From the IMG/VR virus record IMGVR_UViG_3300042852_000025, positions 1-64,000 of that record: a DNA stretch of 64,000 bases. One strand, 5' to 3'. The translations under genes and the position numbers were made by a program. Source of the stretch: a virus (taxonomy: Duplodnaviria > Caudoviricetes). The notes under the pieces are model-generated. The model did no database searches. It was not told where the DNA came from and was given only the letters and a program-made list of their open reading frames with translations. Positions 38,618 to 49,228 of the stretch are shown here, piece after piece. How positions within the stretch are numbered: the stretch's first letter is position 1; each line of letters opens with the position of its first letter.

Positions 38618-41600
38618 CGCTTGGCCCTCTCGTTGAGGATCTGCTGATCCAGCCAGTCGCCCATGCGCATGCGCATTTGCGCCGGGGTGACGTGGACGTT
38701 GTAGGTGTCCGTACCGCCGCCTGCGCGCCCGTTGGTGGACACCGGCGCCGCCGGCATCGAGCCGGTCAGTTGGGCTTGATCGGTCATCACTGCGCTGGAA
38801 CGGGCGTTGAGCATCCGCCCGTTGTTCACCGAGTGGATGAAGTCCGCGCCCAGTGCGGCGGTGGCCTTGGCGTTCAGGATGGCTTCGCCGTTGGACACGC
38901 GCAGCTCTTGGTGCTGGCCACTGGGGCCGGTCAGGTAGGCGGGGATCGAGTCCGACGTGCCGGTGCCAGGCCCGTGAATGATGCCGCCACCGGCGAAGCC
39001 AAAGGCCCCCTTGTAAGTGGCTGCGCCCCCTGCGCCCCCTGCGAACATGCCCGCCGCCATCGTACCGAGGCTGAACAGGCCGGTCGCCTGCCCAGCGCCG
39101 GTGGAGCTGCCCAGCCCGAGCAGCCCGCCGATGTTGCCGAACACCTTGCCGAAACCGCTGGTGACATTGTCCAGCAGGCCAACGAAGCCCCCGCCCAGCG
39201 ATTCGAAGAAGCCCTTGCCCTCGGTTTCGACCAGCTTGTCCAGCCCGGGGCCGGCGGCGACTTTCTTCATTGCCTCGGCGGTTTCTTTCGGCAGGCAGCT
39301 GCCGTCTTTCTCGGTCGTAGTGTTGCCGGTCAGCACGCCGACCACACTGTCCATGAAGCTGCCCGGCTGAGCCGCTTGCGAGGTGGTGTTAGTGGCCTCG
39401 CCTGTCTTCGGTGACCCACCCAAGCCGAAGCGGGCGAGCAGCGCAGGGATCGCCCCCTGCTGCTGTTGCCCAGGCCCCTTGTTGCTGCCGAACAGGGTGC
39501 CGGTGAGGCTGCCGATCGTCTCGTTGCTGAGCGTCTTGATCAGCGTGCGCATGGTCTCTTTGGAGAGCTGCTTGAACACATCGTCCAGGGTGCTGCCGAG
39601 GCTTTTACCGTCCACCACGGCATCGGCAAAGGCATCGCCGATACCTTCAATCGCGGTGACTACATGGTCATTGATGGTCTCGCCGAAGTGCTCAAGCGAC
39701 GACTCCGATTGTTCCAGAGTGCGCTGGATGAGGTTCGGGTCGAAGGCGCGCTTGAACCCCGACTCCCAGGTGCCGGTGACGCGCTCCAGGGCCAGCCCGA
39801 CTTGCCCAATCTCGGTGTTGGTGCCGGCGATGACCCGGTGCAGGTCGAGAACTTCTGCCCGCGCCCTGGCCAGCGACTCGGCGATGTTCTTGTTGTACTG
39901 GTCTTCTTCGGCTTTCGGCGCCAGGTCGGCAACTTGCGCTTGTGCGATGCCCAGTGCGTGCTCAGCGTTGGCCCGTTTATCAAGCAACAACCCCTGGTGA
40001 TCCGTCAGGTAATTACGGCGCTGGGTGCGGTCGCCGGGGATCAGGCCCTTGTCTTCAAGCCGTGCGTCATTCAGCAGGTTGCCGCTGGTAAGCGAGCGTT
40101 CCAGCAGGGAGTCGATTTCGTCGCGGGCTTGACGCTCACGGCGGAACACCAGCTCCAGGTAGGCCGCTTGCTCTTTGTAGGGTGCCAGCGACTTGCGTTT
40201 TTCTTCAATCTCGGCGGCCGACAGCTCGGTCATGGTCCCTTGCTGCTTCAGCTGTTTCTCAAACAGGGCCAGGCGTTCGGCGTTGACCTTGTCGTACTGC
40301 TCGATCGTCGAGTCAATCGTCCCTTGCGGCGTCAGGTTGGTGGCGCTGTCCAGTACGCCTTTCAGCCGTGTCGCCTCGCCAGTCTTCTGCCGCTGGCCAC
40401 GACCGAGTTCGACCTTGGCCGATTCGCGGTCGATTTTCTCCGACTCTTTGGCCTGCTTTTCTTTCAGCGCGTTGATGCGCGCCTCAGCCTCGACCTGGTC
40501 CTTGATCAGCGCCTTGTTTTTCTCCGGGTCCTTGGTAACGTCGGCCGGCATCGCGTCCTTGGCGTCCTGCAGCTTGCGTTCCTCGATCGCGATTTCAGCT
40601 GCCGTTAGCTCGGCCAGTCGGGCTTTGGCCAGGCCAAATTGTTTGTTGGTTTTGGCGTCGTCGTAGGCTTCGGCGGCATTGGTGCGGCGTTTTTCCAGCG
40701 CCAGCTGCTTCTCGGTTTCCTTGGTGGTCTGTTCAACCAGCTGGTCCTGGCGCAACTGGACATCGTTGTACTCTTTGACTTTTGCCGCCGTGAACTGGTA
40801 GCGCTGGGTGTTGCCCCGGGCTTCCTCTTCTGGCAGCCCGCCGGCACTGATGTCGCTGAACAGCTGCTGAACGCCGCCGGTCTTCGCGTCCGTGGTCTTT
40901 TTCAGATACTCCTTGAACTTGGGGTTATTGAAGGTCTTGGCGATCGTGTCGCCGTACTTCACGCGATCGGCCGTGTCCTGCAAGACCTTGGTGGCTTGAG
41001 TGTCCAGCGTCTCCTGAATTTTGCCGACCGACAGGGTCAGCAGATTCTTCATCAGCCCGCCTTTGAGCTGGTTGGACGCATCAAACAGGGCGCCCTGAAT
41101 TTCCTGCAGGTGACCCACCGCAGCGCCGTCCAGCTCGTGGAAGCGGGCCAGCAGTTCGGTCACCGCGGCGCGCATGTCCGCTTCGGCGGTGCTCTTGTTG
41201 TCGCTGAGCGAAATCGCCTTGATCCGCTGGATGAATTGTTGGGACACCTTCTTGGCGTTGTCATCCAGCGGGTTGACGGCACCGTTCGCCCGCATCTGAT
41301 CGGCCAGGGACTGTGCAGCCTGCTGGAGAATTCCCAGCTGCATGTCCATGGCTTCCTTGCTGGTACCAGCCAGGATCTGTTGCAACGACTCAGACTGCGC
41401 CACGATCTGCTGGAACAGCTGGGCTTCCAGCTCCTGATCGTTGCTGGGGGCCGCACCGTCCATTTTCTCCAGCGTCTTGCGGGCGTTGACCAGCTTGTTG
41501 TTGAGCTGGTCGGTCATACCTTTCAGGGTGCCGCTGACCGTGTTGCCCAGTTCTTCAATGGTGTACAGGGCGCGATCGGCCTCGGCCGTGGTCATGCCCT

Positions 41601-44600
41601 GAATGAGCGCGGCCATTTGCGGGAACTGGGTTTTCAACACCTCCAGCTGATCGGCGCGCTCACTGGGGGCCAGCTTGGTGTAGCTCTTGACCAGCTCCAG
41701 CACCTGCTCGTTGGACTTGCTCAGGTTGGTGCCGAACACATTGCTGATCGCCGCGTTCAGGTCGTCGGCGGTGCGGCTGGCCGTGAGCAGGGATTCGGCC
41801 GTGGACCCCACGTTCTTGCCGAGTTCCGCCATTTTGATGTCCCAGGTCTTGGCGGCCTGGTCGTACTTCTGGAACTGGTCCTCCTGCAGGTTCAGGAGCT
41901 GACCTTGGGCAGTCGCCTGGTCGTCGGCTTCCGCCGCCGCCTTTTCCTCGGCGGACTTCCGGCCAAAGGTGTTGTTGTAAGCGAATTGCAAAATCTGGCG
42001 AGGGGCGCCCCCCAGGATCAGTTCCCCCGCCTTCGCCAAGCCGCCTTCGCCCGCCGCTCGCTTCTTGAGGGCGTATTCGTCGAGCTTCTGGATTGCCTTG
42101 TCGGCAGAGTCAAACACTGCGGCAAAGAACCCGAGAATGCCCTCGCTACGGTTGTAGGCAAAACCGGTGATGGTCGATTTCAGACGGGTAAAGCTGGCGT
42201 CCAGACCTTTGATCGTGGTGTCCGCGCCTTCCGCGGCGGCGCGGCCAAAGGTGATCTTGGATTCGTTGGCGGCCAGCTCTTCCAGGTTGCCGATCATTGC
42301 CTTGATGGCGTTGCTCGACCGGATGTCGAAGGCCCGCGACAGGGTAGATTCACCCTCATCGTTAAAGCCCAGGCGCTTCAGTTCAGTCAGTGCCGCCTGC
42401 AGCGGGGCGCGGCCTTTGCTGAAAGCGAAGAAGCGCGCCTTCACGGCTTCGGCACCCATGTCCTCGCCCATGGCGCGGTAGCGTTCCTGCAGCGCCTTGG
42501 TCAGCTTGAGGTCCGGGCTGAAAATTTCCAGCATGCCGGAACGCAGGCCGGTGGCTGCGGTGGAGGCCTTGAGGCCAGCGTTACGCAGGGTGGACACCGC
42601 TGCGAGGAACTGTTCGGAGGTCAGGCCGAACGACTTGGCGGTCTGCGCGCCGAGGGAGAGGATGGTTTTCAGATCCTCGCCGGTCAGTTTGGAAATGTTG
42701 ATCGCCTTGGCCAGCTGGTTGGCGATCACGTCATCCGACAGTTCCTTGAACACCGAGCGGGTGGTGGAAATCAGATCCGCCGCGACCTGCAGGTTGGAGC
42801 CGGTGGCCGCGGCAAAGTCCGCGGTGGCCTTCAACGTGGTGTTCATGTCCTCGACCGACACGCCGGCCTGCGCCAGCACCTTGGCGGCCTCGGTCAGTTC
42901 GCTGAGCGAGAACTTGCTGTTCTTCGCGACATCGAGCACGGTCTGCGACAGCTTGCCCATCTGCGCATCGGTGGAACCGGTGACCGCCTGGATGTCCAGG
43001 AAGGCGGTCTGCAGGTCGATCACATTTTTGGCCAGCGCACCCAGCGCGGCGGACAAGCCGTACAGCGCGGCATAGCCTACGGCGTACTTGAGGAACGAGC
43101 GCAGGGTCGACTGGAACAAGCCCATGCCTTCGTTGGCTGGGGCGGCAGCCTTGGCCAGAATCGCCAGTTCATCGGACAGGCCACGGGTCGCAGTTGCCGC
43201 CGCCTCAATGTCGGCTTTGCTCGCCCCGGATTTGGACAGCCCCTTGCCGAAGCTCGCCTGTTCGTTGCGCCGAGCCCGCACGTAATCCCGGGCCTGCTTG
43301 GCCTGTTCCGGCTCCAGTTCAGCCAGCCCGTTGGGGTTTTGCCGGGCCGCTTCGTAGATCCGCTTGCCTTCGGGGTGCTTGTTCGCGCTGTCGAAGGTGT
43401 TCAGCTTCGGCATGCTGCGAATGGTGGTCGCCAGGTGGTCGAGGCGCTGGTTGATCAGGGCGATGGTCTTGGCGAATTCGTCGCCTTCCTTGCGCGCCGT
43501 GATGTACTCGCTGCCGCTCGCCCCGACAGTGCGAGCCGCTGATTCCTGCTGCTTCCGCAGCTGGGTCAACTCGGCGTTGGCGAAGTTCCTGGCTTGGGCG
43601 AGGGCACGCCGGTCTGTGTAGCCGGTGAAATCCCCCTTGGCTTCCTCCAGCAGCTGTTTGCCGTTGGCCAGTGTGAGCGCGTGGCTGCGGCGGCGTTCTT
43701 CCGAGGTGCGCACCGCTTCCGCGTGCTTGTCGATCTGTGCCTGGGTGTTGGCCGTGGCCCCCAGCGACTGGATACGGGTTTCCAGTTTGCGCAGGAACTC
43801 GCCATAGCGCTCGACCTCGATCGCCGCTGTCTTGGCCTGGTCGCTGGTGACGCCGAAGGTGCGCGCATACGCATTCTGCAACTTGATCAAGTCGCCCAGT
43901 TCGCCCTTGACGTAGGCTTGGGCTTTCTTCGCGGCATCGACATTGCCGAACCCGTCGACCCCGGCGCCGATGCCGCCGGCCTGTTCCAGCGCGGTGCGCC
44001 CAGGGCGCAGCAGGCGGCCCCGGGTGGCACGGGTCTGCGCCACTTCGGCTTCTTTCAGGGCCAGCTGATCGGCCTTGCGGTTGTTTGTCTTGCGCAGTTT
44101 CTCGACTTCCGACAGGTCAGTGACCCGCTTGGTCAACCCGGCATAGGCCTCCGACAGCGCCGCCAGCTGGCGACCGGTGCGCTGCGCTTCTTTGGATTCC
44201 TCGCCAAAGACCTGTTCGGTCAGGGCGTGGATCTGCTTGCGGGCGTTCAACTCCTTGAGGGCAAAGGACGCGCCCTTGCTGGCTTCCACCGAAGAGGTAA
44301 CGGCGGTCAGGTCGCCACGCAGGGCAGAGCGCAGAGCCGCCTTTGCCTCGGGGCGATTGCGGCCCTCGATTTCGCTGTCACGGTCCAGCTTGGACTGCTT
44401 ATTGCGCAGCGCCTCGATTGAGGTCAGCTGGCCAGCGCGGGTGTCGAGGTCGCTAAACGCCTGTGCCGAGAGGGCCAGCTTGCGCTCGGCGCGCTCGATG
44501 GCACGGGGGTCCTGCACCGGGCGGGAGCGCTCCAGTTGCACCGCCCGTTCTGTGGCAGCCAGCGCCGAAGCGGCGAAGGCGCGGCCTTGTTTGGCGCTGG

Positions 44601-45225
44601 CGGCAGTTTCAATCGCGCCGGTGTTACCGCGGGCTGCGGTGAGGAACGCCTTGCGCCCTTCCGGCGACTGGATCGCCCGCGTGCGGCGAGCGCGTTCCAG
44701 GGTTTCAGCGGTGCGCGCCTGATTTTCCCGCAGGCGCTGATCGCGCACCGTGTCGGTCTGCGCCTTGCGCACGGCGGTGGCGTTGGCCTTGAAGCTTTTG
44801 GTGACGTTGTCGATCAGGGGCGAGATGTTCCTGGAGGTCGCCCCCAGGCTGGCCATGATCTTTTCCAGCCCGGTGAGGTGCTGGAACATCGGGACCTGGT
44901 TGGCGTTGCCTGCGCTTCGCAGGGTGTTGGCCAGCTTGCCCAGTTGGTCCTGAAAGGTCTTGAGTCGGCCAAACGCCTCCGGCAGCCGCGCTTGCTGGCC
45001 ACGGGTCAGCCTGTCCGGGGCGGTGGCCGCCCGGTCCAACAGCGTCTTATCTTTCTTGACCTGGGTGAGCAGTTTGCCGAGTTCTTTAGCCTGCGTCTTG
45101 GCGGGTTTCAGGTCGAACGCCTCGCCGAGTTCCTTCAGAGACGCTTTGGCCTTGGCCAGGTCCTCCCCTTCGAGTTTGAAACCTGCCCGGATCATTGTTC
45201 TGATAATGATATTTTCGCCGGCCAT
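38614..45225 (-). CDS. Tape measure protein (2203 aa)
   Basis: Ala-rich helical; TP901-type core; C-terminal GPGTGTSDSIPA...VSNGE. Confidence 0.93.
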   Translation of the reverse strand: MAGENIIIRTMIRAGFKLEGEDLAKAKASLKELGEAFDLKPAKTQAKELGKLLTQVKKDKTLLDRAATAPDRLTRGQQARLPEAFGRLKTFQDQLGKLANTLRSAGNANQVPMFQHLTGLEKIMASLGATSRNISPLIDNVTKSFKANATAVRKAQTDTVRDQRLRENQARTAETLERARRTRAIQSPEGRKAFLTAARGNTGAIETAASAKQGRAFAASALAATERAVQLERSRPVQDPRAIERAERKLALSAQAFSDLDTRAGQLTSIEALRNKQSKLDRDSEIEGRNRPEAKAALRSALRGDLTAVTSSVEASKGASFALKELNARKQIHALTEQVFGEESKEAQRTGRQLAALSEAYAGLTKRVTDLSEVEKLRKTNNRKADQLALKEAEVAQTRATRGRLLRPGRTALEQAGGIGAGVDGFGNVDAAKKAQAYVKGELGDLIKLQNAYARTFGVTSDQAKTAAIEVERYGEFLRKLETRIQSLGATANTQAQIDKHAEAVRTSEERRRSHALTLANGKQLLEEAKGDFTGYTDRRALAQARNFANAELTQLRKQQESAARTVGASGSEYITARKEGDEFAKTIALINQRLDHLATTIRSMPKLNTFDSANKHPEGKRIYEAARQNPNGLAELEPEQAKQARDYVRARRNEQASFGKGLSKSGASKADIEAAATATRGLSDELAILAKAAAPANEGMGLFQSTLRSFLKYAVGYAALYGLSAALGALAKNVIDLQTAFLDIQAVTGSTDAQMGKLSQTVLDVAKNSKFSLSELTEAAKVLAQAGVSVEDMNTTLKATADFAAATGSNLQVAADLISTTRSVFKELSDDVIANQLAKAINISKLTGEDLKTILSLGAQTAKSFGLTSEQFLAAVSTLRNAGLKASTAATGLRSGMLEIFSPDLKLTKALQERYRAMGEDMGAEAVKARFFAFSKGRAPLQAALTELKRLGFNDEGESTLSRAFDIRSSNAIKAMIGNLEELAANESKITFGRAAAEGADTTIKGLDASFTRLKSTITGFAYNRSEGILGFFAAVFDSADKAIQKLDEYALKKRAAGEGGLAKAGELILGGAPRQILQFAYNNTFGRKSAEEKAAAEADDQATAQGQLLNLQEDQFQKYDQAAKTWDIKMAELGKNVGSTAESLLTASRTADDLNAAISNVFGTNLSKSNEQVLELVKSYTKLAPSERADQLEVLKTQFPQMAALIQGMTTAEADRALYTIEELGNTVSGTLKGMTDQLNNKLVNARKTLEKMDGAAPSNDQELEAQLFQQIVAQSESLQQILAGTSKEAMDMQLGILQQAAQSLADQMRANGAVNPLDDNAKKVSQQFIQRIKAISLSDNKSTAEADMRAAVTELLARFHELDGAAVGHLQEIQGALFDASNQLKGGLMKNLLTLSVGKIQETLDTQATKVLQDTADRVKYGDTIAKTFNNPKFKEYLKKTTDAKTGGVQQLFSDISAGGLPEEEARGNTQRYQFTAAKVKEYNDVQLRQDQLVEQTTKETEKQLALEKRRTNAAEAYDDAKTNKQFGLAKARLAELTAAEIAIEERKLQDAKDAMPADVTKDPEKNKALIKDQVEAEARINALKEKQAKESEKIDRESAKVELGRGQRQKTGEATRLKGVLDSATNLTPQGTIDSTIEQYDKVNAERLALFEKQLKQQGTMTELSAAEIEEKRKSLAPYKEQAAYLELVFRRERQARDEIDSLLERSLTSGNLLNDARLEDKGLIPGDRTQRRNYLTDHQGLLLDKRANAEHALGIAQAQVADLAPKAEEDQYNKNIAESLARARAEVLDLHRVIAGTNTEIGQVGLALERVTGTWESGFKRAFDPNLIQRTLEQSESSLEHFGETINDHVVTAIEGIGDAFADAVVDGKSLGSTLDDVFKQLSKETMRTLIKTLSNETIGSLTGTLFGSNKGPGQQQQGAIPALLARFGLGGSPKTGEATNTTSQAAQPGSFMDSVVGVLTGNTTTEKDGSCLPKETAEAMKKVAAGPGLDKLVETEGKGFFESLGGGFVGLLDNVTSGFGKVFGNIGGLLGLGSSTGAGQATGLFSLGTMAAGMFAGGAGGAATYKGAFGFAGGGIIHGPGTGTSDSIPAYLTGPSGQHQELRVSNGEAILNAKATAALGADFIHSVNNGRMLNARSSAVMTDQAQLTGSMPAAPVSTNGRAGGGTDTYNVHVTPAQMRMRMGDWLDQQILNERAKR

Positions 45226-45228
45226 GTC

Positions 45229-45759
45229 TTAGAACCCCAGTTTTTTCATGATATCGATCATCGAATCCACCGACGCCTTGTCGGTCATGTCGATGTCGTG
45301 GACTGATTCGTTCTGGCTGGTCAGCTTCCCGCCCGCGCCGAGTAGACAGGCTTCAAAGCGGGTGCGCAGGTCTTGCCAAACGTGCGCGGTTTTCAACTCG
45401 ATCATGGACTTGACCAGGTCCATGTCGACTTCGCAGTACAGGGTCTGAGCCCGCAGCGGGTCGTAGTCGGCCAGCCACAGGCAGAGCTGGTCGGTCTTCA
45501 GTGAATTCAGCCACGCGGTGTACGCCGAACCGTAGCCATTGCCTTTGGGGCCGGGCTGCGTCGGTGTGGCGGGGGTTTTGTTTTCTTCCAGCAGGCGCTG
45601 CGCCAGGGCCTCGATGTTGGGGCAGGGCAGCTTTGCCTGTTCGGCGGCCAGCTCGATCGCCACCCACAGAAGCAAGTCGGGTTGTTGCTCGATGAGTTCG
45701 CCCAAAATCTCTTTGAACAGCAGGGTGATCTTCGGCTTGCTGACGCGGAACAACGACAT
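45229..45759 (-). CDS. Putative tail assembly chaperone
   Basis: Between major tail and tape measure genes; GGAGG RBS. Confidence 0.6.
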   Translation of the reverse strand: MSLFRVSKPKITLLFKEILGELIEQQPDLLLWVAIELAAEQAKLPCPNIEALAQRLLEENKTPATPTQPGPKGNGYGSAYTAWLNSLKTDQLCLWLADYDPLRAQTLYCEVDMDLVKSMIELKTAHVWQDLRTRFEACLLGAGGKLTSQNESVHDIDMTDKASVDSMIDIMKKLGF

Positions 45760-45782
45760 CGCACACCTCCGATCGCTGATGG

Positions 45783-45806
45783 AAAAAGGCCGGGCAGCGC
45801 CCGGCC
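45783..45806 (-). terminator. Intrinsic terminator after major tail gene
   Basis: GGCCGGGC-GCT-GCCCGGCC-TTTTT on - strand. Confidence 0.7.
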
Positions 45807-45824
45807 CCTGTCGCGTTCCCTGAC

Positions 45825-46628
45825 TTAGCTACCGCCGAGGGCGAGGAAGCCAGTTGGGTGGGTTGGGATGATGTTGGACAGGTGCGCCAGGTTGGCCCCG
45901 ACGCCGTACTCAGCCGCTGCCGGCTGCAGGCATTTCAGGGTCATCGTGGTGCTGGCGAAGTCCGAAGCGTTGGTCGCGTACTCCAGGTTGCCCGAGATAG
46001 ACGCTTTCCAGAAATTCCAGACTAATGGCCTACCGCTACTATTCTCCTTCTGAACGATGGCCGCAGCCATGTAGTTCGTTTGGGAAACCGCACCGATCGC
46101 CACCTGCTTGGCGACAAACACCGGATCACCTACCGCCAGGTCGAACAGCAGCGGGGTGGCGGTGTCCAACGTCAGGGTGTTGGTCGACACCGAAGCCACG
46201 CGCAGGATCTGCACGGTCTCCGGGGTGTTGACCTTGTACGACACGATCAGGTCGCTGCCCGAAATGCCGGTACCGGCAACGAGGGTCAACGAGGTCGCCG
46301 CAGCCGAAGCGGCGGTGCCCACGGTGGTGGCCACGTCCGCGACAGCGGTGGTCACACCATCACCGATCGCGATTTTCAGGTTGCGGCGCGAGTATTCGCG
46401 CAGCACGGTGGACACTTCGGCGGTTTGACGCACCACCGCGCTGTCCATCAGTTGCTTCGGAAAGCCGCCTTCCAGGTCGACGGATTCTTGGCCGATGGTG
46501 ACCGAGCAGCTGTCGACCAAGCCCACGGAGTGGGTCTGGAGCAGCTTCATGGCCGAGGTCATCGGGCCGACCCTGAGTTCCGCGGTCCCGATCTGAAATT
46601 TGTTTGTGACTGGCGAGCCCAAAGACAT
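45825..46628 (-). CDS. Major tail (tube) protein
   Basis: Synteny, size, AGGAG RBS, downstream terminator. Confidence 0.75.
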   Translation of the reverse strand: MSLGSPVTNKFQIGTAELRVGPMTSAMKLLQTHSVGLVDSCSVTIGQESVDLEGGFPKQLMDSAVVRQTAEVSTVLREYSRRNLKIAIGDGVTTAVADVATTVGTAASAAATSLTLVAGTGISGSDLIVSYKVNTPETVQILRVASVSTNTLTLDTATPLLFDLAVGDPVFVAKQVAIGAVSQTNYMAAAIVQKENSSGRPLVWNFWKASISGNLEYATNASDFASTTMTLKCLQPAAAEYGVGANLAHLSNIIPTHPTGFLALGGS

Positions 46629-46632
46629 GGCT

Positions 46633-47358
46633 TTATCTCCTACGAAGTAGTTTGGTCATCTGTTCTTGCATTGCCTTGCCCAGCCTGATGGCCAGTGGTC
46701 GCATGAGCGGCCGTCGAACCTCGGTCAAAAACGCACGGTAAACACCGTCCTCCCTGTTCGTTCTGCCCAGTGGTTCCGGCATAGCCCCACGCCTACCCGC
46801 TTCAGCCCCCGCGATCAGCGCCCTACGAAGCGCTTGATCGAGGAAGGCCGGAGACAGTTTTTTGAAAGCAAGGGGGTGGTCCACTTGGAAATCCCCATTG
46901 CTCAGTAATTGGATGCGCGGCTTGGATTTGGTCATCCCCGCCTTACCGGGAACCCAACCCGCAAAAGAGTTGCGCAAGGTCCCGGTGTCGAGCCAGAACA
47001 CCCGGGGGCCGATGCTGCGCAACTTGCCTTTGTAGTTGCCCATTGCCCGTTCCCGCTTGTTCTCGCGCCAGTCAATGCTGAGCGGCTTCCAGTCCACCGC
47101 GACCTGCACATGCCGGCCGCCGGGCAGGCGCACCCGCAGCCGACTGCGTGGCTGGCTCGCGCCCTGGACCCCGTCGTTCAGCGCCTTTTGGGTATCCGCG
47201 AGCGCCGCCTGGTAGAAGTTGGTGCCGATCACTTCCAAGTCAGCCTGCTTGCCCTTGGCGCGCTCGGTAATCGCCGCCAGAACGCCCTTGTGTTGCAGGA
47301 CCATGGCGCGCAGCGCGCCCTCATTGAGTTCAAAGCTGACGGTGGTGTTGTTAGCCAA
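46633..47358 (-). CDS. Basic tail completion/neck protein
   Basis: Synteny; DTGTLRNS motif. Confidence 0.55.
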   Translation of the reverse strand: MANNTTVSFELNEGALRAMVLQHKGVLAAITERAKGKQADLEVIGTNFYQAALADTQKALNDGVQGASQPRSRLRVRLPGGRHVQVAVDWKPLSIDWRENKRERAMGNYKGKLRSIGPRVFWLDTGTLRNSFAGWVPGKAGMTKSKPRIQLLSNGDFQVDHPLAFKKLSPAFLDQALRRALIAGAEAGRRGAMPEPLGRTNREDGVYRAFLTEVRRPLMRPLAIRLGKAMQEQMTKLLRRR

Positions 47359-47824
47359 AGTTCACCGCCTTGCCCCGGATCACCGCGTAGCGGATACCGG
47401 ATTGGCGATCGAACATCTGCGGTGAAATCTCGTTGGAAATCACCCGCACAAAACCCTTGCTGAATGCGTCCGCTGGCGAGGCGGTGGACAGGATGTAGTT
47501 GAACAGCTGGAACTCCTGGTCCGCCCGGAACACATCGCGGATCTGCGACACCAGGTCGATCAGCGCGTAGTTGCTCGGGTCGGCCACGGTGCGTGCCCCC
47601 ACCGAAAATTCAATCTCGTACAGCGGCGCCCGCGGGTCCGGGACAAACGACCCGAACTGCCAGAGCAGCGCCGGGCCTTGGCCCTTGAACGCGGCATCGG
47701 TTTGCAGCATGTCGTCGACTTCGGCCCACAGCAGGCCGGGGTACTGCCCCTGCAGGGCGGCACACTTGTCGGAAACCAGCTTGTCGATCGTCCCTTTGAC
47801 GATCAGTGGAAAGTCTTCAGCCAC
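47351..47824 (-). CDS. Putative tail terminator protein
   Basis: Synteny. Confidence 0.5.
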   Translation of the reverse strand: MAEDFPLIVKGTIDKLVSDKCAALQGQYPGLLWAEVDDMLQTDAAFKGQGPALLWQFGSFVPDPRAPLYEIEFSVGARTVADPSNYALIDLVSQIRDVFRADQEFQLFNYILSTASPADAFSKGFVRVISNEISPQMFDRQSGIRYAVIRGKAVNFG

Positions 47825-48422
47825 GGCGTTGGACCCTCGCGGCTGGGATTTCCAGGGATTGGAAAACCTCGGTGATGTCGAGCAGTTCGTTGTTATCCAA
47901 CCGGCGCACGTACATGTCGGTGGTGGCGACGACGTTGCGCGGGAAATACACGGTGTAAATGGTGAAGTCGGTCAGCGGGAATTCCCGCGAGTCCACCGCC
48001 GAGTAGCGCGACAAGTTGACCCAGGTGTCAAACAACACCTCTTCGGCACCGGTCTTGCGCTTGGCCCCGGACTGCAGGGTTTCGACCACTTCCTTGCACA
48101 CATGCACATGGAACGGCGCCTGGTGCAGGGCGAAGGTGGTGCCGTATACGTCCGCGCCTTCGATGTCCTTGTTGAGGCTTTCCAGCATGTACACCGTTGA
48201 GCTGTTGCCGAGGCGGATCACCGCATAATTAGCCGGCAAGTCCTGATCCCCGGCAAGGGTCAGGATGCGTTTGCGCTGCCCGAAATCGCGCTCGGTGATA
48301 AACCGGTCGTAGACCTGCAGGCGCCCGCGCAGGCCGGTATCGTCCCAAACGCTGGTCGCAGCGTTCCACCCCAGCAAGGGGGTGTGGGCAAAGCGGCCGA
48401 GGGCGCGGGCGAGGTCGGACAT
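47817..48422 (-). CDS. Putative head closure protein
   Basis: Synteny. Confidence 0.5.
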   Translation of the reverse strand: MSDLARALGRFAHTPLLGWNAATSVWDDTGLRGRLQVYDRFITERDFGQRKRILTLAGDQDLPANYAVIRLGNSSTVYMLESLNKDIEGADVYGTTFALHQAPFHVHVCKEVVETLQSGAKRKTGAEEVLFDTWVNLSRYSAVDSREFPLTDFTIYTVYFPRNVVATTDMYVRRLDNNELLDITEVFQSLEIPAARVQRRG

Positions 48423-48901
48423 TACTGGATCACCTCGGTCACAGGGTCGGCACCAGGGGTCGCCACGTTGACGTAGTTGGTGTACGGCGCCACGGTTTGC
48501 GAACCGTCGACCGCACCCTGCAACTCGTTCTTGTACTTGGCCACCTTGCTGGCGGCCAGTTCCGCCACCTTGCTCAGGTCGACCTTAAAGCGGTCGAGCT
48601 GGGCCTTGCCGTCCGTGACGATCTGCGGCACGGCGAGCGGGCGGTTGGCGAATTCCAACGCCACGAACCACTGCGCGTACAGCTTGAGCCGGTCGGCGAT
48701 CGCCTTGGCGGTGGTGGTCGGCGTGCCCGTGGTGCCGGCGGTGAACAGCGCGGCGTGCGTCGGCAACCAGCCGTCGAGGTCGAGGCTCAGTTCCAGGGCG
48801 ACCTGCGAATCCACCATGTAACGATCAGGGCAGTCGTCCTGATCCACACCCAGGCAACCGCGCACTGCGTCGGTGTTGGTGTACGAGCCGAGGGCGGTCA
48901 T
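48422..48901 (-). CDS. Head-tail adaptor
   Basis: YTNTDAVRGCLGV N-terminus; position after capsid. Confidence 0.6.
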   Translation of the reverse strand: MTALGSYTNTDAVRGCLGVDQDDCPDRYMVDSQVALELSLDLDGWLPTHAALFTAGTTGTPTTTAKAIADRLKLYAQWFVALEFANRPLAVPQIVTDGKAQLDRFKVDLSKVAELAASKVAKYKNELQGAVDGSQTVAPYTNYVNVATPGADPVTEVIQ

Positions 48902-49158
48902 TAGGCTTCGCCAATCAATTTGGCGGCCATCTGAATCGCCAGCCAGCTGCCTACAGATGGCGCAGCGTCAACCCGCACCGCAGCCACCGGGCTGTAGTGG
49001 ATGTTGGTCACAGGGTCGGTGTAGCCGAACGAGGTCGTCGACTTGAGAAATTTTGGCCAGTCACTTTTTGCCACAGGCGCAGGTGCAGGTGCAGGCGCAG
49101 CGGCCGGTGCTTCGGCGTCGGTTGTTGCTTCGTCTCTTGGCTTATTAGGGCGTGTCAT
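48901..49158 (-). CDS. Hypothetical virion-associated protein
   Basis: GGAG RBS; Ala-Pro linker. Confidence 0.6.
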   Translation of the reverse strand: MTRPNKPRDEATTDAEAPAAAPAPAPAPVAKSDWPKFLKSTTSFGYTDPVTNIHYSPVAAVRVDAAPSVGSWLAIQMAAKLIGEA

Positions 49159-49228
49159 GTCTCTGCTCCGTGTGGGTTGAGGGGTCTTGCGACCCCCCGA
49201 TTCCGATCACTTGCCTTATAACCAAACC

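Noticed and set aside
45229-45759. Programmed frameshift in the tail chaperone
   Set aside because: A single ORF fills the gap to the tape measure gene, leaving no second frame to shift into
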